64,000 nucleotides of DNA from the human T2T-CHM13v2.0 reference genome, Homo sapiens, in assembly GCF_009914755.1 (NCBI RefSeq), contig NC_060928.1. One strand, given 5' to 3'. The notes under the pieces are model-generated. The model saw nothing but the letters and a program-made list of their open reading frames with translations, ran no database searches and was not told the origin of the DNA. Within the stretch, counting starts at the first letter, position 1; each line of letters starts with the position of its first letter. This document shows positions 47,512 through 62,215 of this stretch, in pieces. A program made the position numbers and the translations under genes.

Positions 47512-47862
47512 GTCTTAGTTCAGGCTGCTATAGCAGAAGACTGAGTGGCTAATAAATAACAGAAATGTATTCTCCACAGTTCTGGAGGCTGGAAAGTCCA
47601 AGATAAGGGTGTCAGCATGGCCAGATTCTGGTGAGAGTCCTCTTCCAGTTTGCAAATGATCTGTTTTCTTTCTTATATCCTCACATGGTGCAAAGAGGGC
47701 TAGAAAGTTCTCTGGGGTCCCTTAGGGCACCAGTACCATTTATGAGGTCTTCATCTTCATGACCCAATTATCTCCCAAAGGCCCCACCTTTTAATACCAT
47801 CACATTGAGAGTTAGGATTTGAACATATGGGTTTTGTGGGGACAGAAACATTCAGTCTGTTT
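47512..47862 (-). mobile_element. MaLR solo LTR (MLT1A/MSTD-like)
   Basis: cacagttctggaggctggaaagtccaagat...ccaaaggccccacc...aataccatcacattg. Confidence 0.85.
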
Positions 47863-47999
47863 CATTTTTGGTACCCTGAATCTGATTCTTTTGCTTCATT
47901 TTTTTTCCCAAATTCCAGCCATGGCTGTGATGGACAGAATTAAGTATGTGGCTATCATTCCACCTCAAGCATCTATTATAGATCTCTCCATTTCTCTGT

Positions 48000-48366
48000 C
48001 TTAGGACCTTCTGTAAATAGCAGGGGTCCCCTTGGCCCCTTGTAGGTTGAGTCCCAAAGTGCAGTGCAGTTAATATTCCAAGCAACCCTCAACCAGTGGA
48101 CAAACCTGTAGACAAATGCCCCAGACTCCTCTTTTCTGGGTACGCCATCCTGTGGGGCATTCTGTGTTCCTCAGAGGTTCCTGCAGAAGGGAACCCCTGT
48201 TGCCTGTGGCAGCAGCCTCACTAATGCCCCATGAGTTGGCTTTGCACCTTCCCTGTCTTAATTTTCCTGTTTCTTCACTCTTGTTTTCTGGGACAGACTG
48301 CTACATGAACTAGCTGAATACAAATACTTTCCTCAGACTCTCTTTTCTAGGGGAGCCCAAACAAGG
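48000..48366 (+). mobile_element. LTR16-like ERVL LTR fragment
   Basis: gttcctcagaggttcc...ccttccctgtct...ctcagactctcttttctaggggagcccaaac. Confidence 0.55.
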
Positions 48367-49857
48367 GAACTGTCCTGTTACATTTTAGTAAGTCTTACTG
48401 CTACAGGTTTGGTGGCTCTCTTTAGAATGTAGAAATACTTATTTTTATGAGTTTTGGGTCCTCAGCTAAAACTCTGAGTGAACAGACTTTCATATTTATC
48501 TTTTCTTTCCTATGATAGTATATTTTCTTAAATTCACTTAGCTTCATATTAGAAATTAGTGTTTAGTTAAACAAAAGGCTTGTTTTCCTTTTTAAAAAAG
48601 ACATTCTTGAATGAATTATGTGCTAATGGCCTTAGATTTAGTTATCTGAGAAAAATATGGCCAATTGGCTAGAGTGCAAAATATCAAGTGGTCTTATTTG
48701 GTAGCCTAACTGTAGGCATGGTAAACTGGAATAATTAGCTTATGCAGGAATTGGCTTATCACCTATGGGGCAACTTCTACATCACAATATCTTTATGTTT
48801 TAAATTTGAAGGCATGCATTTTTCCTTTTGCAATTTTTGATGTTATGTCCTTTGTCTTGACCATATAAATTGTACTTAGAATATTGTATCTCCACAGTGA
48901 ATATTTGAAGAGAAAACGAAGAGGTTATTAAATGTGTTTGGGAATATCATAATTATAATAGGTAAGCAATATTCATGTTGTTACTATTGTGTCTTTTCCT
49001 TTGTAATTATTAGGAAAGCTAGTGGAAAAAATAAAATAGAAGTATTTGCCTTCTCTATGCCTTTTTGGAATGAAAAATAATTGGCACTTGACATGAAATA
49101 GAATACAGAAACCGTATCCTGAAGCACGCAGTCCTCCCTTCTTCCTTTCAACTCTTTTGTAGAAGGTCAACTTGTATCCTACAATTTACTAAAAAGCTAT
49201 TATTATTGTGTTGTAGCAGTATTTCTTCAAGAGTTGAAATGATAGCTGGCTTTAGTATAGAAAGCCTGATAAAACTGTTATAAATCACTAGTGGTTTGGG
49301 AAAGAAGACTAGATTCTTATCACTTATGATTTCTACAGTTTCTCAGAGAATTGCTTAGGACTTTTGAGTCTCTTTCTGTTAGTATCTCCAGCGACTTAAG
49401 TTTGTTGGATTTGATGGAAATTGGTAAGAACGCTTGAAGGTTATTCAGAAAGTTTGCTTCCAACCCTCTTGTAAGAAATATGTTCACAGTTGACTAGGGA
49501 GTAAAGTAAACTTTCTTAGAACATTGTTAAAACAAGCTACTGCATCCCTTGGCTCAATTCTTCCCTACTACACACAAGAAACAGCTTCTAATTTTCACAA
49601 CTGCACAATCAAAGTTTCTTTTTCCGATGTTGTTTATGACCTAGTTTTAACATTTTGAAGTATTCTTTCACTCCTTTTCTAGTGTGAAAAATGGTGTCCA
49701 TCCATCATTAATTTATGCTGCTATTATGCAGCCAAAATGTGCTGGGGAATCCTTTTGGGGCCTCCAAAGGAAATCTGAGGGATGGATTTTATGTTCAGCA
49801 AAACCATTCTTGAAAAATAAATGTAGATAGATGTACATTTTTAAAAAGAAGGAGAAG

Positions 49858-51490
49858 ACTTTTTAAAAAAAGTTTAAACAGCTTTATTGAGATATAATCA
49901 TATGTCATACAATTCACTCATTTGAACTCACACAACTCAGTACACACAAAAAAATCCAAATCATCTCATTAAACAATGGATAAAGAACATACATAGACAT
50001 TTTGCAAAAGAAAACATACATATGGTCAACAAGCATATGAAAAAATGCTAATCATCAGATAAATGCAAATTAAAACTACAATGAGATATCTTACACCAGT
50101 CAGAATGAATATTATTAAAAAGACAAAAAAAAAAAAAAAGAGATGTTGGTGAGGATGCAGAGAAAATGGAATGCTTTCCTTTGCATCCTCCTACTGGTGG
50201 GATTGTAAATTAGAGCTACCTCTATGGAAAATAGTTTGGATATTTATCAAAGAACTAAAAGTACAGCTACTATTTGATTCAGTAATCCCACGACTGGACA
50301 TATACTCAAAGGAAAAGAAATCATTATATAAAAAAGATACCTGCACTTGTATGTTTATAGCAGCACTATTCACAATACTGAAGATATGAAATCAACCTCT
50401 GTCCATCAACAGATGAATGAGTAAAGAAATTATGATATATATATATCTCACAATATATATTTCACACTGTATATACACACACAACAGAATACTATTCAGC
50501 CATAAAAAGAATGAAATCATGTCTTTTCCAGCAACATGGATGGAACTGGAGGCCATCACCTTAAGTGAAACAGCTCAGAATCAGAAAGCCAAATATGTGT
50601 TCTCACATAAGTAAGAGCCAAATAATGATATAGACATAACTTGTGGAACAATAATCATAGGCGACCCAGAAGAGTTGGGGTAGTAGAGGCGGTTGAGGGA
50701 TGAGAAATTACTTAATGGGTATGGTGTACACCATTTGGGTGATGGTAACACTAAAAGCCTAGACATTGCCACTGAGCAATATATCCATGTAACAAAACTG
50801 CACTTGTGCCCCCTAAATTTATACAATTCTTCTTTTAAAAAAAGAAAACATACAACTCAATGCATTTTGAGTATTTTCACAGGTATGTACAACTATCACC
50901 ACAGTCAATTTAGATCATTTTTTATTACTACAAACAGTAGCCCTGTACTTTTTAGAGCAATCCTTCTATACTTTTACCCTCCCAGCCTCAAGTAACCACC
51001 AGTTGAATTTCATTCTCTATACTTTTACCTATTCTGAACATTTCATATAAGTATATATATATATTATGTGATTATATATATTATGTATATATAACATGTT
51101 ATGTATATATATTCTGTTTTTTATATATATATATATAAAAATATGTTTTTCTGTGACTAGCTTCTTTTCCTTAGCATAATATTTTCAAAGCTCTTCTAGT
51201 TGTAGTATCTATCAGTACTTCATTCCCATTCTATGGATATATCACAGTCTATCCGTTCATCCATGAGAAACATTTGGGTAATTTCCATCTTTTGGCTATT
51301 GTGACTAAGGATCCTATGAAAATTCATGTTGAATTTTTTGCCAGAACACCTGTTTTAATTATTTTGTGTATATATACCTGGGAGTGAAATTGCTGGATCT
51401 TATGCTAATTCCATGTTTAATTTATTGAGGAATCACAAAATTATTTTCCACATTGGCTGTGCCATTTTACATTCTCACCAGCAATGTAAA
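49858..51490 (-). mobile_element. L1MB-like 3' end split by an L1PB4-like insertion
   Basis: cagctttattgagatataat...caattcactcattt, continuing after 50859 with ttttgagtattttcacagg...ccattttacattctcaccagcaatgta. Confidence 0.75.
49940..50848 (+). mobile_element. L1PB4-like 3' fragment
   Basis: ORF2 CTD remnant (WWDCKL...[15 protein letters not shown]); 3'UTR gatgagaaattacttaatggg...taacaaaactgcacttg; TSD ca(c/t)acaactca. Confidence 0.8.
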
Positions 51491-52434
51491 GAAGGGGAAG
51501 ATTTTAAAAATATCCCCAATTCAAAGAATTCCAGACCTAAACACTTCCTGGCTATGAAATATCTTCATGAATTAGGAGACTACCCTGGTGCTAGCTTTCA
51601 TCTACTTTATAGTCAGCCATAAGTTAATTTGATTTTATTTTGTATTCAAAGGGCTACTTAATCATTGATTTGAATGCTGTTTCAACTAATTAACATTTTA
51701 AAACAATGTAGTAAAATAAAAATATCAGAATTGTCTATATTAAATTGGCTTAGATTTAAATGCTGCAACATGGACTTTTCTCTCTGATGTCTGGTGGTCA
51801 TTAGCATAGATTAGATACAGGAATTTGCATTTTAGAATAAAACTCTTACAGAAAAGAGGACTGCTTGGGTATAAACCAATATTTCTCAACTTGATGTTTT
51901 CTAAGGAATCATTTTGTTACAGGCCATCTTAGAGTCTGAGGTCAAAAATGTAAGAAACAATATGTTGGTCACTTTTTATTTTACCTCCTTGACAGCTTCC
52001 TCGTAAGTATCTACTGAAACTATCCCCTTTTCATCATAGTGCCATCAGTACCTTAGTTCAGACCTTTATGGAGTTATGCCTAAAATATTGCAACCGTCTT
52101 CCAAATGCCTAGTGTATTTTTTAGGCCTGATCTCACATTTTCTTGAGCCACCTTTGTGCTCCAACTATTGTGGCCTCTAGTTGTAAGCATCTGTTGCACC
52201 TCAGTTGTATCGCATACCTAACCTAGGTCCTCTCTGCCACTGCTATTTAGGATTTTGTGAGAGCACATTCACCCATTCTGATGAATGTACAAACCTTGAA
52301 GTATGAGACCATTAACACTCTCTCTGTAACCATTGACCAATCCACATCAATGTTAATGTAGATATTAACCTCGTCTTGACTTGAGTGGATTGTCCTAAAG
52401 CACATTCTACGTAGTTTCTCAGAAGGTTCCTATT

Positions 52435-54560
52435 GTGTCCTTGCTCAATTTATTTGTTGGTCTTTGCAAAAACCAAACAGATGTGACATACGACAATGGC
52501 TGACTATAAATGTAACCTATTATTAGCCCTAATCCCAAGTGTTGTGCTCATTGTAGAATCTTTACTGTAACAAATCATTATAGAATATAATGATTTGCAG
52601 GAGAATTGCTTGAATCCAGGAGGAGGAGTTGGCTGCAGTGATCCGAGGTTGTGCCACTGTACTCCAGCTTGGGTGACAGAGCGAGACTTCATCTCAAAAA
52701 AAAAAAAAGTATCCTGTGTTTATATAGGAAAGACAGCAGTACATATTCACTCTCTTGCCCCCAAATTCCACTGCAATATAATCTTCAGGGATCTTGATCA
52801 TTAAAAAATTCTGTGAAAGGTCATGGTATTTTGCTATATTAATAATATACAAATTGGACTTGCTGAGCAGCAAATAAAAAGTACTGTGGGTACATTAGTT
52901 AACACCCATGCATTCTAGAGTCTGGGAGATAAACCTTATAAGATTTTAGGATTCAGTCCAAGGGGTGACTTTTTTAGGTATGTAGATATCTTTGGTGTGC
53001 TTGGACATTCTCTCTAAAGTAAAGGAAAATTTGTTGCATCTTGCATTTACTGTCACTAAGAGGAGGCATAATGTTTGATGGGTTTGTTTGAATTCTGAAG
53101 GTAGCATATGCTATGCTTGGGAACAATATTCTTACTCTTTTATTGGATAATTCAGAGTGACACTAGCTTTGAGTGTGGCTCAGAGCAAGAGAGGCTCTGC
53201 AGCCCATCTAGGTTAGGTTAAAAGTTGCCCAGCAATCCCAAATGTGTAATCTAACAGAACAAATAGTGTTAGAAGTGATCATAATGGATAAGGATGTTGT
53301 GTGATGAGTCACAACATAGTCCCTTAAGGTTCTGGAGCAAGGCCGTACCTTCTACAGCAAAGAATGACTACTTGATATTTAAAAAGCTGCCCTTGACATC
53401 CTGCTGGGCCTTAGTAGATTGGCTACTTGACCATGGAACATCAAATGAGTATGAAACTGAGTTGCTAATCATGTTGATAGTTCAAACCCACTGCATCATG
53501 AGATTCGGCATTCGAGGGACACTTTGTTCAATGCAAATGTTACATTAAAGACTGAATACAAACAGGTTCTGAAGGCATAGGATGTTGCATGACAAGTGGC
53601 CTGGACTCCATGTCACCTATTTCTGTTGTGCCAATTCCTGTCCTACAACTGTCACCTGTGGACTTATGCAGGGTTCCCTATGATCAACCAGTGGTAGAAA
53701 AGTCTAGTTTACAGATTGCTTGGATCAATATGTTGGTGGTAGCTAAAAATCTACAAGGGCCAATCTGGCAACACACACAACTAACTTTGAAAGACAGTAG
53801 TAAAGTGAAATTCTCCCAAGGAACTGAGCTGCAAGAAGTTCACTTGGTTGTGTGCAGGAAGAAATGGCTGGAGATAGGGATATCACAGATGCCAGAACAT
53901 TAGCAAATGGTTTGATTGCTTTGTCAAAGATCTTGAAATAACTAGAGGATAATATTTAAGAAAGTTTAGAGCAGAGGCTGGTGGGTGGACCATGTGAATG
54001 GATACAAAGCACATAAATCTTAATTACTAAAATGATGGAATAATCTGTTAAGGGCTTAATTAAGATGCCAGGTCAAAGACAACCCCATATAGTGTTGGAA
54101 ATGCAATCTTCCATTTTGTTATGTTGCTGATATGTGGTTCTGTGTGCAGAACCTAAGGGGTAATGTGGCTTTTGGCCTTTCAATCATCACTTCCAGTGAC
54201 ACAATTTCAGAATTTATCATCTGTGCTCCTACAATTTTAAACTCTGATGAATTGGAAATTCTGATTACTGTGGTGGTTTCACAGAACCTGAAGCTGCAAA
54301 TAGTATTTTGTGATGGCAATAAAGGTTTCACTAAACCTGAATTTGTAACTGTCAGCTGAGATAGACAGAAGAAATTGATCCTGATTATCATGATGATCTG
54401 GAGTTGACTGCCACACAATGAGAGCAAAAAGGATTTTCTTTAGCTACTGGAGGATTCACTGGTGGTTTTTTTTTTTGTGGCTTCATGCACAGTGATAATT
54501 GTATATGGGTAATTGCAGCTGCTCTACTCAAGAATAAAGTCATTGCAGGCTTCAACTCCT
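52435..54560 (+). mobile_element. ERVL internal region (degenerate pol), continuing briefly after 59194
   Basis: Decayed RT/RNaseH-like motifs (cagcagtacatattcactctcttgccc ~QQYTFTVLP; tttgagtgtggctcagagcaagagaggctctgcag; gttctggagcaaggcc; tctcccaaggaactgagctgcaag). Confidence 0.7.
52597..52708 (+). mobile_element. Alu right-arm fragment
   Basis: gcaggagaattgcttgaa...gacagagcgagacttcatctc + poly(A). Confidence 0.9.
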
Positions 54561-54578
54561 TAAAGATAAAGTGCTGGC

Positions 54579-57500
54579 AGAGACAGAGACACTCCGTTTG
54601 TTTGGGAGAAAGTGAGAGAGGAAAACAAGAGTTTCTCCCTGGTAATCCAGAGAATTCTTTTATATCTTATCCAAGACCACCAAGGTGGGGCCTCTATGAG
54701 TCTGCAAGAACCATGGCATTACTGGGGTTGGGGTGCATCCTAATGTAGATACAACTTAGATCACAACACCCAAGTCCAAATGCAGATACAACTTACATCA
54801 CAAGACCCATGTCCTTTGGAAAGTCTTCTAAAGAAGGACAGGTACAAACAAGCCCAAACTACTAAGACTAAAATAAATACCTAACTCTTCAATGCCAAAA
54901 CAGTAAAAAATATTTACAAACCCCAAGACCATCCAGGAAAACATAATTTCACCAAATGAACTAAATAAGTCACCAGGGACCAGTCCTTGAGAAACAGAGA
55001 TGTGTGACTTTGCAGACAGAGAATTCAAAATAGCTATTTTGGGTAAACTCAAAGCAATTCAAGATGATACAGAGAAGGAATTCAAAATTCTATCAGATAA
55101 ATTTAACAAAGAGATTGAAATAATTAAAAAGAATCAAGTAGAAATTCTGGAGTTGAAAGATGCAATGGACATACTGAAGAATGCATCAGAGTCTCCTAAT
55201 AGCAGAATGGATCAAGCAGAAGAAAGAATTAGTGAGCTTAAAGACAGATTGTTTGAAAATACACAATCAGAGGAGACAAAAGAAGAAATAATAAAAAACA
55301 ATAAAACACACCTACAAGATCTAAAAAACAGAGGATATAGCTATTTTAAATATATATGCATCCAACATGGGAGCAGTCAGGCATATAAAGCAAATGTTAT
55401 TAGAGATAAAGAAAAAGACCCCAATACAATAATAGCTGGAAACTTCAACACCCTACTTTCAGGATTAGCCAGATATTCCAGACAGTAAATCAACAAAGAA
55501 ACATTGGACTTAATCTGCACTATAGACCAAGTAAACCTAATAGATATTTATAGAACATTCTATCCAGTGGCTGCAGAATACACATTCTTCTCAAAACATG
55601 GATCATTTTCAAGGATAGACAATATATTAGGTCACAAAACAAGTCTTAAAACATTCAAAAAAATTGAAATTATATCAAGCACCTTCTCTGACCATAATGA
55701 CATGAAACTATAAATCAATAACAAGAGGAATTTTGGAAACTATACAAACACATAGAACTTTAAAATATGCCCTGAATGACAAGTGGGTCAATGAGGAGAT
55801 TAAGATAAAACAGAAAAATTTATTAAAACAAATGATAATGGAAACATGACATAACAAAACCTATGGGATACAGCGAAAGCAGTACTGAGACGTTTATAGC
55901 TATTAGCACCTATATAAAAAAATAAGAAAAAAATCAAATAACATAATTATGCCTCTTACAGAACTAGAAAAGCAAGAGCAAACAAAACCCAAAATTAATA
56001 GAAAAAATAATAAAGATCAGAGCAGAGATAAATGAAAATGAAACAAAGAATATAAAAGATCAATAAAAATTGTTTTTTTGAAAAGATAAAATTGACAAAC
56101 CTTTAACCAGACTAAAAAGAGAGAGAAGACCCAAATAAATAAAATTAGAGATGAAAAAAGAGAGACATTACACTAATACCACAGAAATTCAAAGTATGAT
56201 TAGTGGCTACTATGAGCAACTATATGCAAATAAATTGGAAAATCTAGAGGAAATGGCCAAATTTCTAGATACATACAACCTACCATGAGGGAAGCATGAA
56301 GAAATTCAAATTCTGAGCAGACCAAAAAGCAAAGTACTAAGATTGAAGTCATAATAAAATGTCTCCTGGCAAATACAAGTCTGGGACCTGATGTCTTCAC
56401 TCCTGAATTCTACCAAACATTTAAAGAAGAACTAATAACAATCCTACTCAAACTATTAAAAGAAAATAGAGGAGGAGGGAATATTTCCAAATGCATTCTG
56501 TGAGGCCAGTTTTACCCTCGTACCAAAACCAGACAAAGACACATTGAGAAAAAGGAAAACTATAGGCCAATATCACTGATGAATATTGATACAAAAATCC
56601 CAACAAAATATGAGCAAATAAAATTCAACAACACATTGAAAAGATCATTCATCATGATCAAGTAGGATTTATCCCAGGGATGTAAGGATGGTTCAACATA
56701 TGCAAATCAGTCAATGTGATACATCATATCAACAAAACAAAGGACACAAACCATACGATTATTTCTATTGATGATGATAAAGCATTTGATAAAATTCAAC
56801 ATCCCTGCATGATATAAACCCTCAAGAAACTGGATATAGAAGGAACATAACATAATAAAAGCTATTTATGACAGACCCACAGCTATGCATCATTCTAAAT
56901 GAGGAAAAACTGAAAGCCTTTCCTTTAAGATCTGGAACATGACAAGGATTCCCAGTTTCACCACTGTTATTCAATAGTATTGGAAGTTCTAGCTAGAGCA
57001 TCAGACAAGAGAAAGAAATAAAGGCACATAAATTGGAAAGGAATAAGTGAAATTATCCTTATTTGCAGATGATATGGTCCTATATTTGGCAAAGCCCACA
57101 GACTCCACCAAAAAACTATTAGAACTGATAAGTTCAATAAAGTTGCAGAATACAAAATTAACATATAAAATCAGTAGCATTTCTATATGCCAACAGCAAA
57201 GGATCTGAAAAAGAAATAAAAAAGTATTTCCATTTACAATAGGTACAAATAAAATAAAATACCTAGGAAATAATCCAAGAAGTGAAAGATCTCTATAATG
57301 AAAACAATAAAACATTCATGGAAGAAATTGAAGAGGACACCAAAAAATGGAAATATACTCCATGTTTATGGATTAGAAACATCAATATTTTTAAAATATC
57401 CATACTACCCAAAGCAATCTACAGATTCATTGCGATCCCTGTCAAAATATCAATGACATTCTTCACAGAAATAGAAAAAACAATCCTAAATTTTATATGG

Positions 57501-59180
57501 AACCATAAAAGACCCAGAATAGCCAAAGTTATTTTAAGCAGAAGGAAGAAATCTGGAGGAATTATATTACCTGACTTCAAATTATACTACAGAGCTATAG
57601 TAACCAAAATGACATGGTGCTGGCATAAAAACAGACACATAGACCCATGAAACCAAATAGAGAACCCAGATATAAATCTATATGTCTACAGTGAACTCAT
57701 TTTGACAAAAGTGCTAAGAATATACATTGAGGAAAGGACAATTTCTTCAATAAATGATTCTGGGAAAACTGGATATTCATATGCAAAAGAATAGAACTAG
57801 ACCCCTATCTCTTGTCATATAAAAAATCAAATCAAATGGATGAAAGACCTAAATATAAGACCTCGAACTATGAAATTACTAAAAGAAAATATTGGGACAA
57901 CTCCCCAGGACACTGGTGTGGGCAAAGATTTCTTGAGTAATACCTGACAAGCACAGGCAACCAAAGAAAAAATGGACAAATGGGATCGCATCAAGTTAAA
58001 AAGCTTCTTCACAGGAAAGGAAACAATCAACAAAGTGAAGATACAACCCACAGAATGGGAAAGAATATTTCCAAACTACCCATCTGACAAGGGATTAATA
58101 ACCAGAATATATAAGGAGCTCAAACAACTCTATAGGAAAAAATTTAATAATCTAATTTAAAAATGGGCAAAAGGTCTGAATAGACATTTCTCAAGAAAGA
58201 CCTACAATTGGCAAACAGATATATGAAAAGGCGTTCAACATCACTGGACATCAGAGAAATGTACATCAAAACTACAATGAGATATCATCTCACCCCAGCT
58301 AAAATAGCTTTTATCGAAAAGATAGGCAATAACAAATGCTGGCGAGGATATGGAAAAAGGGAAACTTTCCTTTCCTTCTTGGTAGGAATGTAAGTTAGTA
58401 CAACCACTATGGAGAACATTTTGGAGGTACCTCAAAAAGCCAAAACTAGAGCTAACATATGATCCAGCAGTCCCACTGCTATGTATATACCCCCCAAAAA
58501 AGAAATCAGTATACCAAAGAGATATCTGCACTATCAGAAATCAGTATACCCAAGACATATCTGCACTATCGTGTTTATTGTAACACTATTCACAATTACT
58601 AAGATTTGGAAGCAATCTGTGTCCATCAACAGATGAATGCATAAAGAAAATGTGGTACATATACATAACAGAGTACTATTCAGCTACAAAAAGAATGAGA
58701 TCCTATCATTTGCAACAACTTGAATGGAACTGGAGGTCATTATGTTAAGCGAAATAAGCCAGGCACAGAAAGACAATTTGTGCATGTTCTCATTTATTTG
58801 TGGGAGCTAAAAATGAAAACAATTGAACTCATGGATATAGAGAGTAAAAGGATGGTGACCAGGGCCTGGGAAGAGTAGTGGGAGGGGGACATGGAGATGG
58901 AGATGGTTAATGGCTACAAAAACAATTAGAAAGAATGAATAAGACCTAGTATTTGCTAGCACAACAGAGTGACTATAGCCAAACGTAATTTAATTATACA
59001 TTTAAAAATAACTAAAAGAGTGTAACTGGATTGTTAGTAACACAAAGGATAAATGCTTGAATTGATGGATACCTCATTTACCCTGATGTATTATGTATTG
59101 CATACCTGTATCAAACTATCTCACGTAACCCATAAATATATATGCCTACTATGTACCCACAAAAATTAAAAATTAAAAAA
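54579..59180 (+). mobile_element. L1MA2-like LINE-1, ~4.6 kb, internally deleted and decayed
   Basis: ORF1 N-half (DREFKIAILGKL), EN/RT/CTD fragments, 3'UTR ...ctactatgtacccacaaaaatt; TSD aaagataaagtgctggc (54562-54578) / aaacataatgtgctggc (59178-59194). Confidence 0.9.
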
Positions 59181-59729
59181 CATAATGTGCTGGCTGAGGG
59201 TGAGAAATGTAAAATGGGTGGCAGGTATGATTCCATCTTGAAGCACCAGGAACTGAACAACTAAGCCTTCTTATTCCTTTTAATATTATTTTTGGTATCT
59301 TCTTATCTTTTGTAGAGATTGTGAACATGTCAACTTAATGACTCTGTGATACATAATATTTTTCTTTGATTCTAAGCATATTTTTCATTATGTGCATTAA
59401 CTGTTTCAGAGAACCCCAATCAATTTCATTCAGTTCACTCATTCATGTATTCAGCAAACATATTGAGAAAAGGACTTACTAATGACTCTTCTTATCTCAG
59501 TGATGTCCTATATTTAGGAAGCTTTTTCCTGTCTGGAGGAGGCTGGATTTAGTTAATCTTAGCTCCTTCAGGCTGAGGCTTAATAAGGATCATACACCAA
59601 TACTGACAGGCAGATAGAAGACTGAGACAAGAAAATGCAGTCAAAAAAGTCTTCCTTGGGTACTTCTAAAGTATTAATGTATGCTCTCCATTATTTCATA
59701 AGTGCTGCTTTAGGGTACAAAATTTGCAA

Positions 59730-59950
59730 CCGAGGTACCCAAGTTTAATTATTCATTTCTGCTCCTTATTAGTTATGCAAACTTGAGCAAGTTCCTTAGT
59801 TCCTCTAAATCTTATTCTTCTCATTTCTAAAATGAGGATGAAGGAATCCCTACTTCATAGAATTATTTGAGGATTAGATGAGATAATGTGATAAAATACC
59901 AATCCCAGTTTTTTTTTTTTGCATGTTACAAGCACTCAGTAAATGATAAG
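59730..59950 (+). mobile_element. MIR SINE
   Basis: acttgagcaagttcctta...ctcatttctaaaatgagga...gaggattagatgagataatg core. Confidence 0.7.
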
Positions 59951-62215
59951 TCTCCTTGTCTTCATCATATCCCCATTCACCGTTAGAATGAATTACCAGT
60001 TGCTTTATAATATATAGGAAATATGGCTCTTGAGTTTTCTGGACACAGATCTTTAAAGGACTTGAGAACTATTGGTCCTATGTTGACATTTCAACCTACC
60101 CTGGAAGAAGAGTTGGTAGCATGGAAGATATGTAGTAGAAAAAGGAATGAGGAAAGTGGTGGGAAGCCACATAAAGCTACTACTTAAAGTATGAATAATT
60201 GTGAAAATGTCTATCATACTAGAAATTGGAAAATATAGGGGAAGGGTAATAGTATCCTATTCTTATGTGTATATGTGATGTGGAAAGGGCTGGACTCCTC
60301 TTCTACATTTTCCTTTTCAAATGTCACTATCATTGGAGTGAGGGTGAATCTCTGGTTAAAAAAAGATTGGAAATTTTGAGAGACGTGGGACAAGAACATT
60401 GTGGGGTGTTATGGAGAATTTTGGCTAAAGAATTTCCTCTTCTTTACTTTGCCATTTGTTTCAAGGACTCTTTTTCATCTTGGGAGATAATCTCTAATGC
60501 CACAGAGCTACAAGCAAATATTAGGGCTCAGAGAACAGGAGGTAGGGTGCTGGATCCTTAGAACTTGCTCTAGGACCTAACAGGTTCATCTCAGGAGATT
60601 AGTACAGTCGCACAGATTGGAAGAGGAGGCAGGGCAGAAATTCTGACTAGGAATCAAGGTTATTCATAGAGCAATAACATTTCCTGGGCTGTAGCCCTCC
60701 AGGAAGCACGACATTGCCTGATGGTGCAGGACAGTAGTGAGGAAATCCAGTGCAAACAACTGAGTCAATAACAGACAAACGAAAAGCCTTATTTTTCACT
60801 TTACCTAATGGCAAAATAAATGGGTTGTGACATGAAGGGATAAATGATAAGTGGCATTTTTTTTTCTTGTGGAGGGGGTTGTCTAGTCAGCCAAGTCTTC
60901 TTTCCACAGAAGTGGAATAAGTATGTGAGATAGGTTCCTATCCCAGGACACATCTGTGTGATAATATGATTTATGTCCCTGTACTCTGGCTTTGGGACTA
61001 CTGATAAATATGGGGAGAAGGGAGTTAGTTGATCATTTTTCGCTTTTCCTCAGCTTACAGCTATTAACTGGGCCTGAGGATTTCTTTAAGCCAGTGAAAT
61101 TAATGACAAAGAATCTTCAGCTTTTACCACCATTAATTGCATTTGATCAGCCTCTCTTACTGAAATTTCAATTTTGTTGGCTGGCGAAATCAGAAGTGGA
61201 AAAGTTGTAAAGGTAAGGGTGAGTGTAGTCATCTGAAAATGGTCAGCCTTTCTCAGAATACAGTACTATTAGTGGACAGAAGTACTGATGGGAGGAAGGA
61301 TGCAATTTGTCTTTATGAGAGTGTTTTAAAAGATGAGTGACTAGTCATGATTGTCATGCCTGTGATTGTGAATATGATTTTAATGGTCTGGACATGAAAT
61401 AAGTCTAAAAATGGTCACAGGCTTTGATAAGTTGAGAGATGAGTCTGATGGGTCTATTTCAGATTCAGTAGCTGAACAATGATAAACTTAAAAACTGTAA
61501 AAAGCCTCTTTGCTGGAGACTGAAACAATGGCTCGTAATGATCTCTACAGATTCTTGAAAAGTATTCACTTTAATTCAAGGTTATCCCTGAACTCTTGGT
61601 CCAATACTTCCGGACTTGATATGAAACTGATTAAAATATTCATAGACTGTGTCTCAAATAATTTTATACTTGACATTCCAAGATTTATCTTTTTTTGTTA
61701 ACTGGCTCAAATCTACAATTTTAGATCTGGAAGAAACATTTTGGATCATTTAATTTAAACTACTTCTCTTAAAGATGTAGAAACATGGTATTCTGAGAAA
61801 GTGTAAAGTTATATGGTTATTAAAGTACTGATTGTTTATATAAACTTGAGACTTGTTTTTACAACCTTGAGACTTGCTTTTACACATTTGATAACATAGT
61901 AATTCTTTGAAAACTGTTAAGAAAAAATCTTCTTTATAAAGAAATGCTACTTAGTTTGTATCTCTGGTTTGAAATGCTCTTGGTTTGTATCAACAAAAGT
62001 AACGGGGGAGGCAAACTACCCTGTATTAGCTCTCATGTGGATTCCTGCAGTAAACTATTGACCAGACTTCATGCTTTCATTCTTGCCTCTCTATAATCTA
62101 TTTTCTACAAAGTAGCCAGAATCTTCCTTAAAAAATGCAAATCAGATAATTTGGCTTCCTTGCATTTAGAATACAATCCACATTCCTTACTGTGGTCTAC
62201 AAGTCAACATATCAT

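Noticed and set aside
55000-55488. 162-aa ORF1-EN fusion protein
   Set aside because: The deletion joins EN partly out of frame within a heavily decayed element; no sign of selection
61843-61884. ~21-bp tandem duplication (a similar one lies at 44857-44894)
   Set aside because: Ordinary slippage duplications with two copies and no spacer structure
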